The position numbers were made by a program, and so were the translations under genes. Shown here piece after piece: positions 51,111 to 64,000 of a DNA stretch of 64,000 bases (position 1 is the stretch's first letter; each line of letters begins with the position of its first letter). The notes beneath the pieces were generated by a model. That model was not told the origin of the DNA, searched no databases, and saw nothing but the letters and a program-made list of their open reading frames with translations. The DNA is from Monocercomonoides exilis PA203 (Eukaryota; Protista; Preaxostyla): positions 186,001 through 250,000 of the forward strand of contig LSRY02000066.1 of NCBI GenBank assembly GCA_001643675.2, given 5' to 3'.

Positions 51111-53935
51111 ATGAAAGTGATTCATATTATTAATTTTGATAACGAAATAAGCAACTATCCATCTTCAATATGGACCATTGGACATGATTTTACAACTTCT
51201 GTTTTATTTTATCAATTTTGTTCAAGTAAATCATTGTGCACTGTTTCCCAAGAAGCGTTAATGTATTATGAAACTCTTCCTTCAGGCTCTGAGATTCAAA
51301 TGTTCTGGATTATTTCTCGTAGTTTGCCTTTTTTATAAATTATTAAAACATTTTTTTGTTTTTTGCAGAACTTCCATCACTTGAAGATACCGATGATGAT
51401 GATGCATCAATTCTGTGGGGAATCGTTGCAAAGTGCAAAGTGTACCATTTGCTTGAAGTTTTCTTGTGCGCACAAAATTCAGAGTGTTGTTTGTGAAAAA
51501 GAATATTTTTTTTAATATCACATTTAAAATCAACATTCATTTTTTTCTAAGCTTCCACTTGCTTGGAGCAATGGTCAGAACTTCTTGATGGAAAAGTTAT
51601 TGATCAATCAACACCAAAAAATGTTTGCTTTTTTATTTGTCCTTTGATAATTAAATGTCGTGTCATAGTTCCCTGAATTGTATTTGAATGATAGGTCACA
51701 ACTTTTGCATCCAATTCTTATTTTCCCGACAACTTCGAGTGCTGAAGATGGATTGGAATGTCCTCGTCTCACTTTTTCTGCTTCTTCGTTGCTTCTTCAA
51801 CCTCACATCTCAATTGTCATGCAACATCTTTCAATCGCATTGAGTTGCAGTCATTTTTGTTTGAATGCAGTTTGGAAAGGACGGCTTCTTTTGCCCACTG
51901 CATTTTTGGACAAAGTTGATGAATTTACCAGGCAGAAATGCACAGATATCAAATATTCTCTTTGTAGAGTTTCAAATAACTGTCAGTTGATTCAAGGTGT
52001 TGTTTGAGAGTGAATTTTTTATCTTTCAGAGAAAAAAAGATTGCTTCAATAGCATTCGATCAATTCATTTTTAAAGTTATAAAAATTGCTGTTTTTGTTT
52101 CTGTTGCATTAACGTGTTTCCAATGATTGTGCTTTTTTTTTCAACCTTTTTATCTGTGAATATTTTTGCTTTTTCAGAAACTGATCTTTCGATATACGAT
52201 TCCATTCGAGTTCTTTGCAGCATTCCTTCGTCTCATCTGATGACACTCAATTTGTGTCCAACTGTTTTCCTTCTCACTGAATCAAGCACACCTCATGTCT
52301 GTCTGAATAACAATGCAATGTCTAATGTTCTCTCGCAGTTCAAGTTGTCTTGTGATTCCACTTCCTCTTTCTCTGATTCTTCTGACTCTTCTTGTTGTGC
52401 TTATCTGGCTACATTTTGCTCTTCTTTGACTGCCATTGCATCTCCAGTCACTCCTTCTCTCACAAACAGTATGCGATTCTTGTATGATGATAATAAAAGA
52501 ATAACAAATGAATGATAGATGTTTTTATATGTTGTATTTCAAATACATAATGTTGATATTGATCTGTCTATTTTTTTGTTAGCTTTCATTTTTATTTCTT
52601 TTTTGTAATGTTTTTTTTTTGTGTGTGTGTGTGTGCTTTATGTCATCTTTCCACAAACAACATTTTTGAATATAAATTGCCATTCTGTTTGTTTCTGCTG
52701 CTTTAGACACTCTTGCTGTTCTGATAGCGTCTGATTCATTTGATCAGAATCCTCTTCAAACTCAGCTCATCCTCATTCCATTCGCCTCCAACTGGCTTCC
52801 TCTTCCTCCGCTCCTTTCTTATGCACCTTCTGAGCCTCTGCTTCGGATACAGAACACTCTTTCTGCCTCTAATCAGTCTTCCACCACCTCCTCCTCCTCT
52901 TCTTCTTCTTCTACATCATCCTTCTTCAGCAGCATGCCCGACGTTTTGTATGACTCTTCTTCATCAAAATCTTTGCCTCCCTTTTCTTCTTCCTCTGGCA
53001 TTTCATCATTATCATCTTCTTCTTCTTCTTCTTCTTTGCCTTTTCCTCCATCATTTTCTGCTTCTATCATTCCTTCTTCATCCACTTCACAATCATTGCC
53101 TTCTTCTCCCTTCTCTCCATCAATCCCGTCACTTCATTCAGCCTTCATTTCAAAGTCTTCTTCTTCTTCTTCTGTTTTGCAACATCCCATCAGCAACTCC
53201 TGCATTTCAGTCTTGTCATCACCCGCATCTTCTCCTTCTTTTTCGGAAAGTCTTTTGGAATCCTTTTCCTTCCAAAAGCAGACAGACGTTGAGTCAAACT
53301 CTCTTTTGTCTCTGCAAACAGCTAAGCAGCCATCGCCCACTGTTTTGGACACTCCAACGCCTCTTTCCTCGCTTTATGTGCATTCTCAGCAGGAGAAGAG
53401 CATCTCCTCTGATTCTCTTTCACCCAGCAGCCATTTCACTGCCAAGCTGAGTTCGTTTTCTGAAGCTGTGCAGTTTCCGATGCCTCGCAGCTGTCTGATG
53501 CCTGTTCCGCTGTCTGACTCCCCAACTGCTCTGTCTCTGCCTCCAAACATCAGAAGACATTCATTTTCGGAGAGTGCTCTTTCGCCTGCTTCTCCTTTTG
53601 ATTCGAGCAAGTTGTGTCAGATAAACATACACAATGAAGATTTCAGTGCTGCTGAAGATGGCAAGTTCCCATGCAATACAAAAGAGACAAACATTGGCAA
53701 AGAAGTTTTAAAAGATCCAAATATCACTTCTTCATCATCTTCTTCTTCTTCTTTGTTGTTATCGTCTCAGCATCCATTTGCTTCTTTGACAACCCGCTTT
53801 ACGTGTTGTGCAGGGCAGCGTGCTCTCATCAGCCGTCCATCAACATACACACTTTATGTGCCACACGAAGACGCCGACTTGTTTCCTCTTCGCTCCTCTT
53901 TCCGTCTTCTCTCTCCTTTCTCGTCCTCATCGTCT

Positions 53936-53966
<31 letters not shown>

Positions 53967-56900
53967 TTCAGAGGTTCAACAAGAAGGGAATTGTTCCGTC
54001 GCATCATTGGTGGATAGCAAAGGTGATGAAGGACGTTGCTGTTCTGTCGCGACGTCTGCTCAAAAAGGACTTTGCAGAAAAAGAACAGAAAGCAAAAGCG
54101 AAGAAGATGAAGGAGAAGATGAAGGAAGAACTGAAGGCGAAGAAGAAGATGGAGCAAAAGCAGAAGCTGAGTGAAGAAAAGAAAGCCAAAAAGATGAAGG
54201 AAGAAGCCAAGCCAGCTGTTGTTGATCCACTTCAGCAGACTCTTCAGTCAGCGATGGAACAGTCAGAACAGCAGAGACAGCTCCTTCTCGGCACACCTGG
54301 ACGATCTGCACTGAAAGGACCTCGTAATTCTGTTCAGCCTGCTTCTCTCTCTTCTTCTTTAACATCATCTTCTTCTTCGACTTCTTCATCTGCTTCTTCT
54401 GCTGCTTCTGCTTCGGCCTCATCTTCTTCTTTGGACCTCCTCTTTTCGCTCACCTCCAATCCTGAAGGGTTCAAGTCACTTGCCACTCCAAAGCCAAAGA
54501 AGTCCAACGAATTGGCCAGTTTGTTGCAGGATTCGCTGAACAGCGGATACACAAATCCGCCGAAAGGAAGACGAATGTCGTTGCGAAATGACTCGAGTCA
54601 CAGCAAAAAGGAGGAAGAAGAAGGAAAGGGGAAAGAAGGGAAAGAAGGAAAAGAGAGGAAAAGAAAGAACTTGAATGAAAGCAGCAAAACACACGGTGAA
54701 AAGGACAGGAACGTGAAAGGAGAAATTGTGATTGTTGATGAGAATGAAACAAATGAAGAGGAGATGAAAACAGACTCCGAGAAAAAGCATTCATCTGCCA
54801 AGGAAACAACAACAAATGCATCTGGTTCTTTGGAAGAACCTTCAAAGCAATCACACACTTCTACTCATCATTTAGCTAAGGAAACTCATATTTCTTCCTC
54901 CTCTTCCTCCTCCACCTCCACCACTGCCACCACTTCTTCTTCTTCTTCTATTTTGCTGGAGGCAGAAGAGCTTGCCATCAGACCTGCTCCTGTCAAACAA
55001 CGTGCTCGTTTGCTGACGCCAATCGTTTCGTCTGTGATGGATGTGATGCAGATGCTCATCTGTGTGATGTTCAATGCAGATGAAGTGGGCACTTCAGAAG
55101 AGAACTCTGAATATGATGACAAAGAGAGTGCTAATTGTGATAAAGAGGCAGCGAGACAAATAAACAAAGAGTCTTCTTCATTCAACCAATGCAGTCATTC
55201 TAATGACTTAATAACAAAGATGCTTGTCTGCTGCAATGAGAAAGATGTTTCTGTTTCAGACATGCTGATGATGAACATCTTGTCTTCTGTTGTGTACAAC
55301 GTCCTATTCGCTTCCTGTGAGCGTGCATTTTCTTATTCCTCTCTCTTTCCAAGCACTTTGCCCTCTCCTTCAAAGGAATCTCATTCAGCAAGCTCTTCTT
55401 CTTCTTCTTCTTCAAAATCTTCATCTGTTTCTACTCCTTCTGTGTTTTCTGGCCCTTCTGCTCTTTTGCATTCGCCATTCCCAGTTGTTCCAACAGCTAC
55501 TTCTTCTTCTTCTTCTTCTTCTGTTGATTCAGATGGCCATTCAATAGCTGCATTGAGCACACGAACACCTCCTCGCTCGAGCGGTGGCAGAACTTCGGCT
55601 AAAACTTCTCCTTTGTCTATACACACATCACCATTCACTTCATCCACTTCTTCACTTTCATTGTCCGTTTCTAATCGTTCGCTCATTTCATCGCTCCGAT
55701 CCACCAAAAATTCGCATTCTCTTCTCAACAAAGTTGGCGGCAGAGTGTTCAATCTGAAGAGCATCTGCAGCCAAATGCACAACTTGTCCAGATACCCTTC
55801 ATTTCACTGCCACACGATCGGCTCTTCCACTCTTCTTCAGCAGCATCTCCACAAACTTCTGTCTCCTTACTCTCCTCCCACCTCAGACACTTTCCCTTGT
55901 TGTGACACAGGCGCTGTTCCATCAAACACAATTCTTCTCTCTTTCAAAAATGATGTACATATTCTTTCTGCAGATGAATTGCGCAAAATGGGAAAGTATT
56001 TGAGTGTGGCGAACTTGCTTCCTGCGACTCCTGAGGGAAGCAGCTTATTCAGCGCATTGGACAGCATTGAAGCAAGATGGGCAGACCAATCAGAACCTCC
56101 TTCTCTCTCAGCGCTGTCCTCGTTGATTGCCTCCTGTTCTGATCTGTTCAAATCTTCAGACAGTTTGGAAGCAAAGACAGCGGATCGTGGCAGGGGCTCT
56201 GTTTCCTCTGCCTCTGCATCTTCAAAAGCGCTTTCTCCGCAAGATGGACCTTTCACTTTCTTTCTTTTCCCACAGTTTGCGTTTTATAATGGTACTTCAC
56301 GTTTCACTTCACATTCATTGAATGCCAAATTCTTTGATCCATTTTGGTCAACATTTGTTCCGATTGTTCGGCCAGACGATGAAGAATTGCATTCATTCAC
56401 GTTGTCTCATCAGTACGTGCCTATTCAAACATTTGGTGATGTTCTGCTTAATCCGCTGGATTCACTGCCTCCTTCTCCTCTTTCGAAAAAGGATTCGATG
56501 AAGAGTATATTCCATTCCCCGTACACAAAATATACTGATGGGCTGGTTAAATCTCTTGATGAGTCTTCTTCGCTTCAGTCACTTCGTTCGTCTTCATTCA
56601 ACTTTGGGAACATTGGTCCTTTTGGCACATCTGCTTCTGCTTCTGCTTCTGCTTCTTCGTCTTCTGCTTCGTCGTTGGAGCGTCATTTGTCTTCTCTATT
56701 TCCAGATTCACCTTCGCAAGATTTGCCTTCACTAACACAGAAAACAGACGAAGACAAGCAAAGCACTCATCTTGCCGTATTAGCCAAAAGTGTGCTGACT
56801 CGTGCATTGGTGGACAATGTGGTTCGTGTATCGATGCCTCTGCTTCAGGAATGCTTCACTGAACAGATTGTGCTGCGGACAGCTCGGTGGGTCAGAGCCA

Positions 56901-58570
56901 AAAGTTGGATCTTCCTCGCAAACTCGCGTGTCTGGCCAGTTGACGGTGTTAACTGTGAGCCAGATGTGCGCCTGTCATTTTTGCTGAACTTGCTGCAATC
57001 ACAAACGCAACAAAATCCTGCTTCCCTTTCTGAGTTGCATCAGCAATACTCTTCGTTCTTTGAACGAGAAATGCCTGATGCTTCAGCAAGCAACAGAGAC
57101 ACACACAGAAAATCGACAAACAGTCCGATGCGTGTGCAGACTGCACAAGCAACACGGTCACCGTCTTCTGCTCAGCAAACACCAGCTGCACAGCGCCAGC
57201 TCAGATTCAAAGAGTTTATGAACACCACAATTCAGCAAGAGAAAGAGGACAGAGCACAAGAAAGAACACCTGCAACGCTGCAAAATAGACAGACACACAG
57301 CAAAAGAAGGAGTGTAGCACCAACTTCCGAGGTGATGTCTGCTCTGTCGACACCTGTTTCACGACGAAATCGAGAAACATCTCATTCTCCGCATATGCGA
57401 ATTGGTTGGGTATCAGAAGTTGATGAACAGCAGACAGCAGTCAGCACTGTGCAATCACAACCATCCCATCAGTCTCATCATTCTTCTTCTTCTTCCTCCT
57501 CCTCCTCCTCCTCTGCACATGGCACAGTCCGCAGGACAAAGCAGGAGAGTGTGCTGTCTATGATGCAAAGGAGGATGAAAACAATTTGCATTCGGTATGC
57601 TTCTCATTCAGATGGTACCTTTGTTGTTTCGAGTTTCTGCGAAGAAAATCGAGAGCAATCCAATCGAAAGAAGGGCAATTCAGAGACAAATATGCTCATT
57701 GAAAGGCAGCTGTGGTCTCCTCAAAAAGATACCTTTTTCAACACCCCAAAGCCGTTCCAAAAGAAAAGAGATTCATTTTACTCGACGTTTGTCCAGCCAG
57801 ATGCTCCGTCAGCGTTGTTCCATCCGTTTTCAAATGGTTTGTTGCGCACTTCGTTTTCGAGGCTGGTTCCGTTTGGTTATTCGCCTGCGCTTCTGAGCTC
57901 GACATGGAGGCTGCATCAGCTGATACCGACTCCTCCCTTGTTCAATGCAGTGCACATCTCTCATGTGTTCAGCATGCTTCTCCTGGGCGACATCTCAGGC
58001 GACATGGTCAGCGAAGACACCATCTGGGACGATGAGAGGAGAGTAAGGGGCATCCCGTGGTCGCCAGACGATCAGATGAGATACGTGGAAGAGGCAGACA
58101 TGAGCGAGAACGAGAGAGAAAGCGAGATTGAAAGCGGAAGTGTGAGGGAATCGGGCGATGACGAGGGAACTGACGAAGAAGATGAAGAGCTTCTGGAGGA
58201 GCAGCAGTCGGAGAACAAAGCTATCAACAGAATGACCCTGTCAAAAGCATGTGTCAATCAGTTGAGAAGACTTATGCCAAGCACAAGCCCTAACTTCACT
58301 CCTTGTTATTATGCACTTTACAAAGCCGTCAGAGAAATTGTATTGGTTTGATTTCATCTTTCATTTTATATTTAAATCGATTCGGAAAAAAAAAATTGAT
58401 TTTCACTTTTTTTTTTTCTGTTTGTTTATAATTATTTTTTAAATTCTTCACTTGTTATTTTTTAACAGAATGACATGGCCAGCACTCGCATCAGCATGGA
58501 CACAGCAGAAAAATACGCTGCTCGATTAGCACAGGCTGTTGTTGATGTGACGGCTACACAAAGAAAATGA
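51111..58570 (+). CDS. Very large Ser-rich protein with C-terminal Sld7/MTBP-like domain
   Basis: Several short 5' exons, a 5.6-kb exon and a last exon at 58469-58570. Spliced C-terminus NRMTLSKACVNQLRRL...PNFTPCYYALYKAVREIVL|NDMASTRISMDTAEKYAARLAQAVVD. Coding status is secure, the family call is tentative. Confidence 0.55.
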
Positions 58571-58851
58571 GTCAGGCTATTCGTTCAATACAAATATTGC
58601 GTGTTTGTTTCTGGTCTTTCCTTGTTTAATTTTTCTCATAAAAAAGAGTTTAAAATATTGCATTATATTTTGAATATGTTTTATCTTGTTTAAATCAAAT
58701 CCATTTCTTTTGTTAATTTAATAAAAAGGTGAGGTGTAAAAATAGTTTTGAAATTAAAAGGTTTAAAAATTAATTGTTGGAAAGTCAAAAATTGTAGAAT
58801 CCGTTGAATAGATGAAAGAAGCTGTGTTTTCATGTAATGCATTATGCAGCC

Positions 58852-60746
58852 TCACAAATCATCGATGTCTTCTGAATCATTGTCTTCTTCAGCTTGGTCT
58901 TCTACTTGTTCTTCTTCGTCCTCTCCATTCAGCCAGTCGATGAATGCAGTTGATTTCTCGCGTGTCTTCTGAGCGTCCTCCTCAGAAATTCCATAGCGCA
59001 GAGAAACAGGAACATTCTGGTGCCACGCCAGGATCATTGCATCGTCCACAAGATCCTTCTGATACAAGCAATTCAGAATGTGGCACCACTCCATGTCTTC
59101 GTTCTCGTCTGTGTTCTGCTGGTCCTTCTGCTTCTTATTGTCGCTTTTCTGTTCCAACGCCATCATCCTTTCAAGCGCAACAAGAATCGACAACTGCCCC
59201 ATCTCTCCCTCGCGGACTTTCAGCTTGTCTGCCACTTTTTCAACGCTCTTTGCTGTTATTGCTTCTCCTTGTTTAACAACTGCATCACCGTTCATTTCCC
59301 AGTTGAGCAGCCCTTCGACAACTGCCATCATTGGATGGTCTGGCGCACGTAAGCTCACTCCAATTCTTGCCCTTTCCAGCATTTTTGCTTCCTTTTCTTT
59401 CTCTTTCTCTTCCTCGCTTTTCTCATCCTTATCCGCATCTTCACCTTCCTCCTCTTCCTCCTTCTCGTCTCCCACATTCCATCCCACAATTCCCAATTTC
59501 TCTCTTTCTCTCTCAATCATCATCAGCTGATGTGCAACAGATTTTCGCGACATTTCCTGCATTATCTCGTTTGCCTGAATGAAAAGGTCCTCGTTTTCCG
59601 AAAATGAGGAAGAGGTTGGTGAAGGTGAAGGTGTTGGTGATGTCCCTGATTCTTCTCCTTCGGTAGTTCCTGAAACTGATCCTGAACGCTCTTTTCTCTC
59701 TTTTCTCTCTTTGTGTCGCCTTTTTTTCTCCTTGTCATGATGCCTGCGCCTCCGCTCTTCTTCATCCTCTCCTTCTCCTTTCCCTCCTTCATCTCCTTCA
59801 TCGTTAGCTGATTCTTTGTCAGTTTCCTTTTCTCCTTCTCCTGTTTTGATTTCATCTTTGCTGTGTCTGTGTTCTTTGTGATGTGTTCTTCGTTCTTCAT
59901 CTTCGCCTCCTTCTTCTTTCTGTTCTCTGTGTCTTTTCTTCCTTTCATGTCTCTCTCTTCTTCGTCTTTCTTCTTCATCTTCTTCACCGGCTTCGGCTTC
60001 TAAATTTGAAGCATAAACAAAATGTGTATGAGCATAAATTTTCATGAAGCAAAAAATAAATAATACCTTCAGCTACTTCCTCGACGACTTCTTCTTCTTC
60101 TTTTAAAATTCAACGAAAATAAAAAACAAAAAATGAAAGAGTATGCGCACCTTTGTCTTTTCCTTTTTTATGCCGTTTTCCTGTTTGGGATTTTTGAGCT
60201 TCTGAAATAATAAAATTTGTAAGCTTATGTGCTGGATTTGCATGAAATTGTCGCCCACAGGCTCGACAAGTGAGAACAAGCTTATCTCCTACAACTTCTT
60301 CATCTGTTTCAGGGTTTCCTTAAGATGTTTCATAAAAGTGATTAAGTTTGCGTCAATACTTGGAAATAAATGCAAACCACAGTGCGTGCAAAGAACGAAT
60401 TGTTGGATAAATTTCAACAGAATTGTATGTATTGCTTCGAATGTATGTGCTCCGTTAACAACTCCTAGTTTTGTTTTCGGATCGTATTTTGACAACGCTC
60501 CAAGTTCACTTCCAAAATATTTTATAACATCTGTTTCAAAAACAAGAGAAAATGTTTGATCGTATGTAATGAATTAACAACAATATATAACATACAAATT
60601 GGAGGCCGTTTCAAAGCTGTACATACTGGCTCAATGTTAGGAAACACTGTTTTTATTCCGTTTCCTTTTCCCTCGATCTTTGTCTGAATTCGAGGCATTT
60701 TATACCTATATGACATATCATTTGGATCTCCACCAATGTTTTCCAT
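58852..60746 (-). CDS. EIF5: Eukaryotic translation initiation factor 5
   Basis: NIGG...[43 protein letters not shown]|GNPET, CRACG zinc ribbon, and a C-terminal W2 domain ([15 protein letters not shown]...FIDWL). Confidence 0.97.
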
Positions 60747-62072
60747 CTGATAAATGAATATGATTAATATTTAAATCAAGTTAAACAAAAATAAACCTCT
60801 GTTAAAATGATTTATTAATATGATCTGACCATTATAATTAAAATTTCATTTTTTCTCTTCTTTTTTGCAAAAATTGTTTTTCAAAAAGTATTCTTTGATT
60901 TCAAAAATAAAAAATTGAATGGAATATTTGAAAAATTCAAAAAAAACAATTGGATAACAAAAATGGAATTACAACAAATTGCGTAAATAATTATTGATTC
61001 ATAGGTTCTTTTTGTCACTTCAGTTAACAAGAATTTGTTTTATTTTTTTTTTTTTTTTTTTTTTTTTTTTATTTTAGTGGATAATTGTTGACGGACGTAA
61101 TGAACTTTTTTCTCATGTTTTCCAGGGCTATTTTTAACAATATGAAAATCCTAATTTTTTCATTATAATCTTCAGTTTAAACAATCTTTGTTTTTTTATG
61201 TGGATGCTGACTTTTGAAATCACATAATTTTTCTGAATGTTGACTCTTCAAAATTCTTTATTATTTGAAATGGAATTCACAAACAATGGGAAAAAATTAA
61301 AAAATAGTTTCAAATAACGAAGTTTGAAAAAGCATTTCTAGATAAAATAATCTTTGAAAGGAGTTATAACTTTTCAGTGTTCATTTGTAAGTTTTCTATG
61401 ATAACTCTAAAACCGAAATGTTTGATTGAAAAAATATTGTCTCAAATAAAACCCATATTTTTTGTTTTTTCATTCATCCCATTATAATCGAGTGTTTTTC
61501 AGTTGCTGACAAAAAATTACAAATAAAAAAGAATTGCTTTTATGCATTTTTAAAAATAAACATACAGAAGAGCTGTGAAGGTTGCTGAATTGCTGCAAAG
61601 TGAGTCCGTCGATATTATTTTTGAGGAGATTCAGCAATCAATATCGAAAAATGGATTGAAATTTCATAGCTTGTTATTCAATAAAAAACTCTTCAAGATG
61701 ATTGAAAGAAGAGGGGAAAGATGAAATAGAAGAAGGGAATTATTGTGGAAAAGGAAGTGAAAGAAAAAGATGGTATCAGAAGGATTCATTTATACCATCA
61801 CAAGGCTTCGTGAAACTCAGATTTTGACAATTCCCTTTTTATTATTCACTTTCTGAATATTACAAAAATTATTCATTGAATATTTTATTAAATGAGATTT
61901 GTTAAATATTGTTTATCTTTATCTATGCCTTCTCACAGTCCTTTTTTCTTTTTCAGATCATGTCGCTATACAATTTATATTTGTGTCCCTTTTTTTTAAA
62001 AAAATAATAATATTTATTTTCGTTCATTTTGATAATATGAATAATGATATATAAATGGGGCTCAATAATTCA

Positions 62073-62330
62073 CTTCAGGCATTTTCATTGAAAAATTATG
62101 AACTTTTCATAGACATTTTGTGATCAAAAAAATGAATGAAAATGGGTACAAGATTTGACATTCGTGAAATCTTGAAAAACTTAATGGTTTGATTTCAACG
62201 AATCCTGTTTATGGATATGAAAATTAAATTTATTTAGAAATCTGAGAAAGTGAAATAAAGAAATGAGTGAAGCAATTTTTCTATGCCTTGTGCAAAAAAA
62301 AAAAGCTTGAAAGTCCGTATTTCCCCCCAA
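62073..62330. repeat. Dispersed repeat family member, homologous to 13258-13515
   Basis: Colinear shared blocks as listed for 13258-13750. Confidence 0.75.
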
Positions 62331-63124
62331 ATATACTATGATTTAGTTCTCGTTATTAATAAAATAAAAATTGTGCGAGAAAAAACAAAGCAAGAGAAAT
62401 ACATGTTGGAATTTATTACGAACGTTTTTCCTTTTTCTCCTGGTATGTCTCTCATCTATTAAAAACAACAAAAACTTAATTGAACTTTTGATCATTCTTT
62501 TCTTTTTCATTTTTTTCTTTCGTCACATTAAACAGTTCAACTTTTAATCTATTTTTTTCTTTTCTATCTTTAAACGTAGCTCTGAGTTCATCTTTTTCCC
62601 TTCTGGTTCCTTTTCATTGGGGAATTCTTTCTTGAACGCACTTGGAAAATATGAAGAAATGATCATCATCGGAACTATTTTTCGAAATGCAACAGTTTCA
62701 AAAGAAAAATCACATAACCTCATTTCTTATGAACTGCAAAGAAAAAATCAAACTTATGGATTCCGAGAACAAAGCAAAATGCAAAAGAATTTCAAACATG
62801 CATTCTCTTTCTCATTTTTTCTTTATGTTTATTCTCCGGAAGTATCACAATTGCACATTTTTCCCCTTGATCGGAGTCGTTTCCAACTTGAAAATTCATC
62901 TTCAACCAACAACATCAAAATCAAACGTTTTTCTTTTCATTCCATTTTGATTTTTGGTTCAGTTCGTCATTCTTTCGTTTTCTGTGGTTAATACAAACTT
63001 ATTTATAATTTTCATGTTTCAAAAAAACATTACAAAAGTTCAATGGAATGGATGATAAATAAAAAGCTTTGTTCGATAAAAAAATCGAATTTGAATGTGG
63101 AGGAAATGATTCAAAAACAAAAAT

Positions 63125-64000
63125 TATTCTAATGTCAAGGATTGCTTCAAGTGTTTGCATGTTAAAAGAATAACTTAGATCTCCGATAACGTATTTTGTT
63201 CTGGAAATAATTCATTCACAGCTGGCTTCACTGCAGGGGGAAACAATTAACGAAAAACACAATCCAGAATAAACTGTTTGAATATTTCCATATAATGCCA
63301 ACACTTGGTGATAAATATTGGGGTTATTTTTTTGTATATCATCCGGCTTTGATCTCATCTGCCTTTCAAACAACAGCTTGCAACCTTCTGAGCATTCCTT
63401 TTCCATGTCTCCTAAAACTTTTTTTGCATATTTCGAAAAATATGAGTCAAGCCTAGGAAACCAATCAACAAACAACGTGTTTTCTATCTGTTTCATGCTT
63501 TGTGTTTCTTTTTCTTCATTGAATTCTGCAATAATAGGTAATTTGCCAGTCGAAAACAATTCTTCAATATCAAAATCACCTTATCCTTTTAATTCTGACT
63601 GATGTCCTTCAAAAGAACAACGATAGGAACCGTGAATGTCATCTTCCAAACATGTTGTTTCATCCTTCTGATTATCTTCAAGGACTCCATCAATATCCAT
63701 CAGTTCTCTTTGTGATTCATTCATTGTTTCCTGTGAACAAACACTCGCTGAAGAATTTAAATTCAGATCCACACGTGTTGGTGTCGAAGAATTTGAATTG
63801 CTTGAATTTGAAGAAAATTCCGACGTTGTGGATATTTCTTTATCTTCCTGGATTTGATTTTGACTTGGGATTTGTTGTTCAATAAAAAATCGTTCATATT
63901 GTTAACTGAATTATCTTCCGCTTATAATAATCTACATTCGTAGCTTACTTCATCTTCTTCTCCAATGACTAGTTTCCTTTCATTTCTCTTTCCATATGTT
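63125..64000 (-). mobile_element. hAT-like transposase relic (C-terminal dimerisation region)
   Basis: LIVSPCSEASCE*IISRTKYVIGD...TLEAILDIR resembles the hAT motif PAS-x-x-x-ERxFS. Frameshifts and a stop. Confidence 0.6.

Noticed and set aside
39235-58257. Antisense and alternate-frame poly-E/R/L ORFs over the large genes
   Set aside because: By-products of (TCT)n repeats that lack stop codons. No independent evidence.
62400-62991. ORFs 62617-62991 and 62687-62950
   Set aside because: No motif and no credible start. Probably a decayed repeat.

Overview
AT-rich, intron-containing eukaryotic DNA using the standard genetic code. Short GT-AG introns (often GTTTG donors), poly-Ser-inflated proteins and GGA-repeat beta-helix surface proteins suggest an oxymonad/metamonad protist such as Monocercomonoides (inference). 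Layout: (1) 1-6.1 kb: Prp40-like WW/FF protein, an intronless aegerolysin-like gene and a MORN-repeat gene. (2) ~6.3-20.7 kb: a gene-free island of decayed DNA transposons (mariner DD34D, three Merlin/IS1595-type, two PIF/Harbinger-type, possible MULE relics) with two long near-perfect inverted repeats. (3) 21-60.8 kb: a dense gene block with cornichon, a stand-alone Nup155/Nup170 C-terminal gene, tRNA-Ala(AGC), a CBM48 protein, a type I surface protein, an OTU-UIM deubiquitinase, a short INTS7-like gene, TRAPPC14/Trs65-like, MED17-like, SUA5, RRP15, a candidate MTBP/Sld7 homolog and eIF5. (4) 61-64 kb: repeats and a hAT relic. Family calls rest on my own motif recognition, not database searches. 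Multi-exon gene ends and relic boundaries are approximate.
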